The translations under genes and the position numbers were made by a program. The notes under the pieces are model-generated. The model ran no database searches and was not told the DNA's origin. It worked only from the letters and a program-made list of their open reading frames with translations. 28,613 nt of DNA from a virus. Its lineage: Duplodnaviria > Caudoviricetes. The stretch is from positions 1 to 28,613 of IMG/VR virus record IMGVR_UViG_3300007523_000059; one strand, 5' to 3'. Positions within the stretch are counted from its first letter, which is position 1, and every line of letters starts with the position of its first letter. Below are positions 1-7,635 of this stretch, piece after piece.

Positions 1-183
1 ATCATGTGGGGAAAACCATGATAGAGATTTTAATGCGGCTAAAAACATATTAAAACAAGGTTTAAAAATATTATCTGGTTCACGGATTGAATCGGATGTA
101 AAACAAAAACAGGTGGAGGCGTTATCATTAGATGAGTCTATGAAACCTGAAACACATCAGTCTTTAGCTGATGTGTAGTTCAT
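1..183 (+). mobile_element. Right end of IS200/IS605-like (TnpB) element with subterminal hairpin; probable omega-RNA scaffold end
   Basis: Hairpin ACACATCAG(152-160)-TCTTTAG-CTGATGTGT(168-176) followed by AGTTCAT, the usual layout of TnpB element right ends. Confidence 0.75.
2..178 (+). CDS. tnpB: C-terminal end of TnpB-family RNA-guided endonuclease (gene starts left of the window)
   Basis: Frame from nt 2 reads SCGENHDRDFNAAKNILKQG...LADV* (TAG 176-178). C-G-x-x-HDRD-x-NAA-x-NI is the Zn-finger/RuvC-III signature of TnpB. Not in the supplied ORF track. Confidence 0.9.
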   Translation, partial: SCGENHDRDFNAAKNILKQGLKILSGSRIESDVKQKQVEALSLDESMKPETHQSLADV

Positions 184-221
184 TCCATAAGGGCTATCAC
201 AAAGGTTCGGAACGACTGACT

Positions 222-884
222 TTACTGAAACGGACCAGCGCCGCCCTGTAACTTCGCATTATGAGCCCGACTGGCTGGAAAACCTTCCAGATTATCATCA
301 CCCCAAGGAGCATCAGCATCATCCTCGTCAATACCACCATTATCAAGTACTCCACCAAAAGCAAATCTAAAGTTGAAAACAGGATAACCCTCTCTGTTCT
401 CCCACATTTCAAATGTAGAACTATACCCTTGTAAAGTATCTCTCTTAAGCTTATCAACAACTTCAAAACATCTCATAATTGATGACATTTTTTCCTTTCT
501 CTCGAAGAAGCAGAAAACATCAATTATTCCATCAGTATAACTAACCTCAGCCTCTGTTCTACTCATAGTAAAGAACTTCCTTAGTAGATAACAAAGGTTA
601 TCCATCTCGTCTTCTTTACTCAAAGCCTCCTCTTCGTTATCCTCAATTGGAACATTAGCGTTTCCATCAACCTCATAATTATCGTCAACCTCATCAGCAA
701 TATTACCGTCTATACTATAACCACCACTACTAAGTTTTTTATCAAATTTTGGTATATCCCAATCCTCATCTTCTTCTTCCTCAACTTCTTCTTCTTCAAA
801 ATTATTCGGATGTTTACTCCAAGGTATCATATCGTCTCCTTCCCAGCCTGACCAGTCTCTTATTTTTTCAAATTTCTTTCTCAT
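222..884 (-). CDS. Hypothetical protein with very acidic N- and C-terminal regions
   Basis: 220-aa ORF, 6 nt downstream of the peptidase gene on the same strand; D/E-rich tracts flank a ~85-aa globular-looking segment. Confidence 0.7.
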   Translation of the reverse strand: MRKKFEKIRDWSGWEGDDMIPWSKHPNNFEEEEVEEEEDEDWDIPKFDKKLSSGGYSIDGNIADEVDDNYEVDGNANVPIEDNEEEALSKEDEMDNLCYLLRKFFTMSRTEAEVSYTDGIIDVFCFFERKEKMSSIMRCFEVVDKLKRDTLQGYSSTFEMWENREGYPVFNFRFAFGGVLDNGGIDEDDADAPWGDDNLEGFPASRAHNAKLQGGAGPFQ

Positions 885-890
885 AGTAAG

Positions 891-2375
891 TTATATTAAT
901 TCTATTTTTAGATTATCGTGGTCGAATAAGACATTTGGATCCATTTTATGCTTGCGTAATAGTGTATTCAATATGTTCATGTTGTCATAGACAACATCCA
1001 CATTTGGCTCATCCATACTAATATTTATAAAGCTTCTTCCATATTTAGAATCGAGAGTTTTCTCAAGTGAGAATTTTGAATCTTTGAACTCATCCAAGAA
1101 TTTTCTATGTTTTCTAATAAGGTATTCATCAAACCCGACTCTTCTAGCAACTGGTAGATTTTCCCAATCAACCTTTAATAACGCTGGACACAATCTTTCC
1201 AAGAAAGAAATATTTTGAAGTTCCCTACCAGTGTGCTCATTCATATACCCAATTGATACATTTGTACACTCAGGAATATAGTCTATAAATGATGCTGAAT
1301 CTGTGTAAACACCACCATCATCAAGTCCCATTTTTATACCAGATTTAGCCAGTTCTCTAGCCAATCCATTTCCAAAATCATTTGAGCAACATTCCTGGCC
1401 CATTTGGAAAGTAATGATAGAATGCACATTTCTTCTATCGAAGGATATACATTTTGTAACACCTCTTATATGGTCTACCTTATTAAATTCATATGCTAAA
1501 GCATTTGATCCGATACCACCCCTTTCTTCACCAACGAAGAAATAGTAAACACCAGGAATCTTATGGTGAATCATGTATAGCATTGCTGCTACACCTGCTT
1601 TATCATCAGCCCCGAGTATTGTTGAGCCATCGGTATAAATTATATCATCACCATCCTCCTTCTTTATAAGTAGGTTAGTATTAGAGATAACTCTATCAGC
1701 GGTATCTAAGTGAGAAGTAAACATAGTAGTTGATTTACCAATTATCTTATAGTAATTGCCATGATCATCCCTTGTCAACTGATCTTTTGGAAGGAACTTC
1801 ATAACATCTTCTTCTGATGGATGTGGATATGTTCTTGTAACCAGTGATATGAAAGTTGATCTTACATTAGTAGGATCATACTTAAATTCTGGAATTTCTA
1901 AAGTGTTTTCAGCCTTTTTACCAATTTTACCACCACCTGCTATGGCAGGTTTACCATTTTTCATCAGGTTATAGTTTTTACCAAACTGTTTAATATCATC
2001 CGCTGTAAATTTTGTACTACCAAACATTTGTCTAGTAAATTGACCTATTTTATAGGGCTGTTTAACACCATCAACAGTGATATCAAAATACCAATCCTTT
2101 TTAGAGACATCTACAGTTGTTATCCCATAAGGATTATGTGTCATATCTATCTCTATTAATGCGTCAGCAACAGCATCATCACCCAATGCATCAAGTTTGT
2201 ATATAATCTCACCAAGTTCTACTGAATAATCAATACGGTCCAATTCTTTTGATTCTGAACCCCGTGTTACCGGTGTTACCTTGGAATCAGTGGTTTCAGT
2301 TTTTTTATTTAGGCTACCACCTGGCTGTGGAAACCCCTTTACTGATTCTATATAACTTTTTATTTTCTCTGACAT
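891..2375 (-). CDS. Zn-dependent exopeptidase, M28/M20 clan, with N-terminal extension
   Basis: Motifs TSHLDT, LGADDKAG, GEERGGIGS, SFDRR, YTDS, NEH match the metal ligands and catalytic residues of M28/M20 peptidases. Confidence 0.85.
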   Translation of the reverse strand: MSEKIKSYIESVKGFPQPGGSLNKKTETTDSKVTPVTRGSESKELDRIDYSVELGEIIYKLDALGDDAVADALIEIDMTHNPYGITTVDVSKKDWYFDITVDGVKQPYKIGQFTRQMFGSTKFTADDIKQFGKNYNLMKNGKPAIAGGGKIGKKAENTLEIPEFKYDPTNVRSTFISLVTRTYPHPSEEDVMKFLPKDQLTRDDHGNYYKIIGKSTTMFTSHLDTADRVISNTNLLIKKEDGDDIIYTDGSTILGADDKAGVAAMLYMIHHKIPGVYYFFVGEERGGIGSNALAYEFNKVDHIRGVTKCISFDRRNVHSIITFQMGQECCSNDFGNGLARELAKSGIKMGLDDGGVYTDSASFIDYIPECTNVSIGYMNEHTGRELQNISFLERLCPALLKVDWENLPVARRVGFDEYLIRKHRKFLDEFKDSKFSLEKTLDSKYGRSFINISMDEPNVDVVYDNMNILNTLLRKHKMDPNVLFDHDNLKIELI

Positions 2376-2379
2376 ATTC

Positions 2380-2388
2380 TATATATTA
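2380..2388 (-). promoter_or_regulatory. Putative late promoter TAATATATA, 4 nt before the peptidase ATG
   Basis: TAATATATA-GAAT-ATG; the motif recurs before many genes in the window. Confidence 0.6.
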
Positions 2389-2778
2389 ATTTCTAACTAC
2401 CAAAAATTCCGAGTTATTATAATCCACTTTGACCTGACCCGGATTCAAACCTTTTGGCTTAGTTACAAATTTTGCCTTACAACACACAATCTCAACACTT
2501 GATTGGTCTTTACACTTAGAATGTTGAGCCGTTATTTCAGCCACTTTTTGCCTTGTTTCAGATGGAACCACCCTATCCTTTGTTTTTATAACAACATGAC
2601 TTCCTGGATGACCCTTAACATGCATCCAAAGGTCATCATCATCTGCCATTATTGTTGATAGATAATCATTTGATTCTGAATCTCTACCTATCAGTACTTG
2701 AAATTCATCAATCTCAATCTTTTTAAGATTGGGAAACTTCTTTTTACTCTCATAAAATTTCTTATATCTCGTGTACAT
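2386..2778 (-). CDS. Stand-alone NFACT-R (DUF814) RNA-binding domain protein
   Basis: VLIGRDSESNDYL...DDLWMHVKGHPGSHVVIK...A..S...KFVTKPKGLNPGQV matches the NFACT-R domain of RqcH/FbpA/NEMF. Confidence 0.85.
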   Translation of the reverse strand: MYTRYKKFYESKKKFPNLKKIEIDEFQVLIGRDSESNDYLSTIMADDDDLWMHVKGHPGSHVVIKTKDRVVPSETRQKVAEITAQHSKCKDQSSVEIVCCKAKFVTKPKGLNPGQVKVDYNNSEFLVVRN

Positions 2779-2783
2779 AAAAG

Positions 2784-2792
2784 TATATATTA
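2784..2792 (-). promoter_or_regulatory. Putative late promoter TAATATATA, 5 nt before the NFACT-R ATG
   Basis: TAATATATA-CTTTT-ATG. Confidence 0.6.
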
Positions 2793-2821
2793 AAAAATAA
2801 CATCAACAAATTGTAAATAAT

Positions 2822-3062
2822 ATGTTAAAACTAAAAACAATTAAGTTCAATGAAAATCTCACCAATTCCGATATTTCGGCGGAAAAGGAAATGGTATGGC
2901 AAATATAATAATTTCTTACTTCACTTAGGGCTATTCCAAGATGAATTATCTAGAACCATTCGGTGTATCAGCGAAAAATGCGGGAATTATCCAATCGCTC
3001 CGAATACTTTCTCTTTGGTTGTTTGTGCTGAATTAGAAACTTTTGGCAGCTGTTCTTTTTAA
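2822..3062 (+). pseudogene. Possible decayed gene; short ORF 2822-2908 MLKLKTIKFNEN... followed by short ORFs in other frames
   Basis: 28-aa ORF with the K..FNE leader seen on other genes here, then stops; no long frame spans the region. Confidence 0.3.
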
Positions 3063-3110
3063 TAAATTTTAAGGTGAAAACCGAAAGCTTGTGGAGAAAT
3101 TACAAGGCAT

Positions 3111-3137
3111 AAAAAAACCCCATAAAGGGGTTTTTTT
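3111..3137. terminator. Bidirectional intrinsic terminator
   Basis: AAAAAAACCCC-ATAAA-GGGGTTTTTTT, 5 nt after the stop of 3143..3775. Confidence 0.8.
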
Positions 3138-3142
3138 ATATT

Positions 3143-3775
3143 CTAATCAACACCAACATTATAAGCTTCACCAGTTATTAGGTTAAATGATCTAGATTCT
3201 GAAAATCCAAAATATGATGGAGAATTAACACTCAATTCGTATAAACTTTCACCACCGGAGAATTCACTATATGTAGCAACTAATAGTGTTGATCCAGTAT
3301 ATGCAACATTTACATCAAGTCCATTATAATAACTACCATAAGGAGCTGACAATACTAGGCTACTATCACTTGATGATGCTGAAAACAGACCTTCTTCCAT
3401 CAATGATCCATCAAATTCCGATGCTAGTGTAGTAGCAGCAAATGATGAGGATGATGTAGCAGAGAATGTGTAATCTAGTGGTGTACCAAATACTTCCATT
3501 TGGAAGTTATCACCTGGATAAGCTGTTCCTGTTAAGGCAAATGTAACTGTTGCTGGTACATGAGTAGCAGTTGAAGATGTTGATCCATCAATATCCACCG
3601 AATAAGTATATGTTCCATTTGTATATCCATCGGACAATGATATTGTAGCGGTCACTAATCCACTTAGTGTTATATCTGCTCCACCTCTTATTCGGAGAGC
3701 ATGTACACCAACTGATAAAACATTTGATACGGTTGCGTAACTTAATGAGTTTATTTCTAAATAAGGTCTAGACAT
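3143..3775 (-). CDS. Ser/Thr/Gly-rich beta-type protein, probable virion structural (decoration-like) protein
   Basis: 210 aa, very S/T-rich and Lys-free; has its own TAATATATA (3796-3804) and terminator; lies near the major capsid gene. Function is inferred. Confidence 0.55.
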   Translation of the reverse strand: MSRPYLEINSLSYATVSNVLSVGVHALRIRGGADITLSGLVTATISLSDGYTNGTYTYSVDIDGSTSSTATHVPATVTFALTGTAYPGDNFQMEVFGTPLDYTFSATSSSSFAATTLASEFDGSLMEEGLFSASSSDSSLVLSAPYGSYYNGLDVNVAYTGSTLLVATYSEFSGGESLYELSVNSPSYFGFSESRSFNLITGEAYNVGVD

Positions 3776-3808
3776 TTTGTTTAATTTCTTTTTATTATAT
3801 ATTAGTAT

Positions 3809-5716
3809 TCAAAACTCACTTTTATACAAACTTGTTCTTTTCCAAACCCATTTATCCTGACCACAACCATATATTTTATAATATCCCCGGTCACACATTA
3901 TCTCACTTTCACTTTTATTAGGATCAAATCCATCCTTTATCAGTTTTTTCTTATTATAGTTGAATCTATGTTTCCTGATACCATCAATAACCCACCAATA
4001 ATTAGGAGGTGTTCTATGTATAAATTTAAATCCAAGTTTCTTATAAATATCACCACTAAACATTGATCTGTCAGCAAATGATGTAATTTCCGAACAAGTA
4101 TAATTGGTTGTATAGTATTTAAACAGTCTAGAAGCTGACCCAATAACAGATGTATTTAAAATATTTACGAACCTAACTAGTTCAACACGACCCCTTGTAC
4201 TATGGAATAACATACATGAAACTAATAGATCGTTATAATACAATCCAATACATGTTTTATATGATGTATATCCCTGTATATGGTTTCTATCCAAGAATTC
4301 CCTTATCACAGATGTATCAGTAACCTCTTTTATTGCGCATTTTCTAGCATATATAAGTTTATCTATCTTTCCAATACGTGATAGTATCACTGATTTAATT
4401 ATATCTTGTTTATATAACCAATCATCTTCCCATATGTGTATAAGGTCAATACCACTATTAACACACTTTGTTGTTTTATCAAGGTGATATGTTCTTTCTT
4501 TATACATCTCACTGTGCCAATACAGACCGTTATATTCCAAAGCAGTATTACCTATTAAAAAATCCAATTCATAAGGGCTAATTGAATCTCTATCCTTGGA
4601 TTTGAAATCGGATCCAATTTCCACTAACCAATTCATTATATTTAACTCTTGTCCTGACTGTTTAGTGTCAACAGGGTTACAAGAAGTACATATAATAACA
4701 CCACATATTGATCTCCGTTGCAAGGTTGTTGGGTGTATGTCAAATTCATGACCACATAGATCACTATATAATCTAGCATTTCCTAGCTTCTTACCAGATA
4801 TAAATTTAAATCCCCTTTCCTCATAAAAGGAAACTCTTTTTAACATCCTGAGACTTTTATATTCATCACTATCAATATAATTCTTATATTCTTCTGATTT
4901 TGTATAGTGATCCACTCCATATTTAAACATTATTGACTCGGATGACTTCTTTTTAAAATCATCCGACTGGTAGTACCATTTTTCCTTATATTTTAAAAGA
5001 TTAGACTCGTTTACACGAATCTTGTATTCATCTGTCATAGAGTAATGGTCTTCACCATATTTCTCATTACTAGTCTTCTTTGATTTTACTAAATAGTCAT
5101 CCGTACGTGTGTACCAATCTTCCCCATATTTCTCATTATTGGTATTAATAGTCTTTTCTATGTAATCATCCGATTGTACATAATGATCGACCCCGTACTT
5201 ATTATTCATAGTCTTTGCCGACTTTGTTTTAAAGTCATCCGTCTTAAAATAATGATCTTCACCGTACTTATCCTTTATACTATCTGACCATTTTTTACGA
5301 ACGGTTTCATTTTGAAAGCTAGACGTATGACCATATCTCTCCAGGTTAGTAGAAGATGCTCTATTCTTTATTATATCCGACTTTGAAATATTATCAACTC
5401 CCCATTTTTCAATATTTGTATTTCTTCTCTTACTTTTAGTAGACTCACATGACTGAGCACATTTAGGAGAACATGATAACCTATACCCATCTTTCCAATT
5501 TCTATTAAAGGTGGTTTTTTTACCACATTTACAAAGATTATAATTCGGATATAAATTCACCCAATGCCAGATTCTCTGTACGAACTTAATATCTATATCA
5601 GATGTATAATCAATTATTTTCTGGTGAACATCAGGATAGTTATTTCTAAAATAGGACTCCCTCATCCTAGCAGGGATATCATTTGTTATATCATTGATTA
5701 TTTTAATATTATACAT
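3809..5716 (-). CDS. Putative homing-type endonuclease: Zn finger, 8 x 23-aa repeats, Vsr/PD-(D/E)XK-like domain, C-terminal GNAT-like domain
   Basis: CKCG..CSPKC; KYGxD repeats; ELDF..ALEYNGLYWHS..K..LIHIWEDDW; then IYARKC..FLDRNHIQG..ELVRF..GSASRLF..FADR..G.IYKKLGF. Confidence 0.8.
   Translation of the reverse strand: MYNIKIINDITNDIPARMRESYFRNNYPDVHQKIIDYTSDIDIKFVQRIWHWVNLYPNYNLCKCGKKTTFNRNWKDGYRLSCSPKCAQSCESTKSKRRNTNIEKWGVDNISKSDIIKNRASSTNLERYGHTSSFQNETVRKKWSDSIKDKYGEDHYFKTDDFKTKSAKTMNNKYGVDHYVQSDDYIEKTINTNNEKYGEDWYTRTDDYLVKSKKTSNEKYGEDHYSMTDEYKIRVNESNLLKYKEKWYYQSDDFKKKSSESIMFKYGVDHYTKSEEYKNYIDSDEYKSLRMLKRVSFYEERGFKFISGKKLGNARLYSDLCGHEFDIHPTTLQRRSICGVIICTSCNPVDTKQSGQELNIMNWLVEIGSDFKSKDRDSISPYELDFLIGNTALEYNGLYWHSEMYKERTYHLDKTTKCVNSGIDLIHIWEDDWLYKQDIIKSVILSRIGKIDKLIYARKCAIKEVTDTSVIREFLDRNHIQGYTSYKTCIGLYYNDLLVSCMLFHSTRGRVELVRFVNILNTSVIGSASRLFKYYTTNYTCSEITSFADRSMFSGDIYKKLGFKFIHRTPPNYWWVIDGIRKHRFNYNKKKLIKDGFDPNKSESEIMCDRGYYKIYGCGQDKWVWKRTSLYKSEF
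4895..5446 (-). repeat. Eight tandem 23-aa (69-bp) degenerate repeats
   Basis: 552 nt = 8 x 69; units such as DDFKTKSAKTMNNKYGVDHYVQS and DDYLVKSKKTSNEKYGEDHYSMT. Confidence 0.85.
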
Positions 5717-5743
5717 GGTGTGAAGGTTGCCTATAATATATAT

Positions 5744-5780
5744 AAAAAAAGAAACTCCCTGTTTTTAACAGGGAGTTTCT
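5744..5780 (-). terminator. Intrinsic terminator of the major capsid gene
   Basis: 14-bp stem AGAAACTCCCTGTT / AACAGGGAGTTTCT, 3-nt loop, U-tract on the minus strand. Confidence 0.9.
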
Positions 5781-5803
5781 AATTTCTAATTAACTATTAA
5801 TGA

Positions 5804-7597
5804 TTAGTTCAAGAATTGAGCTGCGTCATTAACAACAATCGTCATATACTGCTTCTCTGGGAAGAACCCAACGTCAGCGAGCGCGTAACGACTTCTTAGT
5901 AACATTCTTGGAGCGAAAGTTGCTTCAGAGATCACAGAGATTGACTGTGCCATAAGATATGGTACAAAAATCAAACCTGGTTGGTCTGGGTTATTCTTTC
6001 TTCCAATAACGATTCTGTTGTCATTGTATCTCATGTACGGGTCAACATAAATCTGGATATCTCCAATTTGACCAACAGGGTACAATTGACCTTGTCCGTT
6101 CAATTTAGATTTAACTGGATTAACAGTGTAACCTGCGATGTCCATAAGAGATGCAGCAAGTCCTCCGTTAGTTACAGCAAACTGTGCTGGGCCAACTCTA
6201 CCTTCTGTTGCGATGTAGTTAGACGCATGTGCCAACTTAGTGATAAGTTTTCTTTGAACAGCATGTGTTGTTTCTCCACCGATACCACCATTACGAGTTA
6301 CGTAAGCAGTGTCAAGGTCAAAAATACTTGAAGCAGTCGCAACAACAGAAGTAACACCCAATCCTGCTTGTACAGGTGATGTAGCTCTGTTAGCTTGACC
6401 AAGAGCAAATATTCTTTGAACAATTTGCTTAGAGATTGTCTGAGACAATTCATTAACAAGGATTGATTCCATCTTTTGAACGATATCCATTCCTGTGTTA
6501 GCCTTGATATCTTCAATTTCTGTTCTTCTTAATGAAGTAGATACTTCAATAGTACCAACAGCAACTGATTTAGTAGATACTTTAGGTCCGATAACACTTG
6601 AATAAGTGTCCTCATCTGTCTGACGATTCATCGGGTAATCTCCTGAACTAAGGTTTGATGTCCAGTTAGCTGAGAACCCTGGAAGTTGATCTTCTAGAGC
6701 TGAAATTAATTCAATTGTAACTTCTGATGTATATGTATCAACAGTTCCAGCAGTTGCACCACCTATCCAAAGAAGTTGTGATGTCATTGAAGCAGTGCTA
6801 GTAAATGTATTCTGCGTTTGATCGAACTGGTATGCATAAGTACCAGTACCGGCTTGTGATCCACCTGGTGTTGAGTTAGCTTGTCTCCAAGCTCTGAACA
6901 TTGGGAAACCATCGATACGAGAGTATCCAAGAAATTCTAAGGCTCCTTGTAGACCGGTGACTACCCCAGCCGGGTCTATGTCCAACTGTGTTGGAACTGT
7001 TGGTGTAATAGTGCTCGATACAAGATGTGAGTTTTTTACGAATAATCTACCACCTTCTAATCCACCTTGTGTTTGTGTAATACCTGGTGCCGACACAAGA
7101 GCTGCGTTAATAGCGGCTTTTACAAGTAACATACTACCTGTGTCGCCAACTGCAGATAATTTAAATACTTGTGGTCGTGACATTCCACCAACGTCTGAAA
7201 GATCATCATATTGAAAATCAATATAAAGTAAATCGATTTTTGGACCTGGTGTTGGTTTTACAGCGACAAGGTCAAGACCAATTGTCTGAGCTGCGATTTT
7301 CATTGCTACTGGAAGTAGGTTCTGTCCTAAATCTCCTGATCCGATGTTACGATCGATTCCGGCTTGTGACCCAAATCCTGCACCACCACCAAGAAGTCCT
7401 GGAAGAGTACCTGGTTGAGCTGAAACAAATCCACCCATACCCGCAGTAGTTGCGTTTGCGTAAGCGTTCTCGTTAATTGAGTGAAGTTCAGCGTATTCTG
7501 ACATCCATTCAATACGATCACCAACAACGCCCATGTTCTCCAATACTGGTGACCATTTCTTAACGGCTTTTTGTTTGTCTATTCTAATGTGTGACAT
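5804..7597 (-). CDS. Major capsid protein, T4 gp23-like
   Basis: KKWSPVLE N-terminus, IGLDLVAVKPTPGP, EDIKA..GMD...L.NE, VYVDPY-like IYVDPY, GLIFVPY, TFAPR...SRYAL; directly downstream of the protease, with a strong terminator. Confidence 0.92.
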   Translation of the reverse strand: MSHIRIDKQKAVKKWSPVLENMGVVGDRIEWMSEYAELHSINENAYANATTAGMGGFVSAQPGTLPGLLGGGAGFGSQAGIDRNIGSGDLGQNLLPVAMKIAAQTIGLDLVAVKPTPGPKIDLLYIDFQYDDLSDVGGMSRPQVFKLSAVGDTGSMLLVKAAINAALVSAPGITQTQGGLEGGRLFVKNSHLVSSTITPTVPTQLDIDPAGVVTGLQGALEFLGYSRIDGFPMFRAWRQANSTPGGSQAGTGTYAYQFDQTQNTFTSTASMTSQLLWIGGATAGTVDTYTSEVTIELISALEDQLPGFSANWTSNLSSGDYPMNRQTDEDTYSSVIGPKVSTKSVAVGTIEVSTSLRRTEIEDIKANTGMDIVQKMESILVNELSQTISKQIVQRIFALGQANRATSPVQAGLGVTSVVATASSIFDLDTAYVTRNGGIGGETTHAVQRKLITKLAHASNYIATEGRVGPAQFAVTNGGLAASLMDIAGYTVNPVKSKLNGQGQLYPVGQIGDIQIYVDPYMRYNDNRIVIGRKNNPDQPGLIFVPYLMAQSISVISEATFAPRMLLRSRYALADVGFFPEKQYMTIVVNDAAQFLN

Positions 7598-7635
7598 ATT
7601 TTTTTGTTTTTCTTTTTTTTATCTCCTTTTTGAGA

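Noticed and set aside
2850-3062. 70-aa plus-strand ORF or a structured ncRNA in this gap
   Set aside because: No recognisable protein motif and no convincing tRNA or other stem pattern; kept only as a low-confidence remnant.
5564-7527. Short ORFs overlapping the capsid and nuclease genes (5564, 5981, 6298, 6957, 7171, 7327)
   Set aside because: Antisense or alternative frames within well-supported genes; no motifs.
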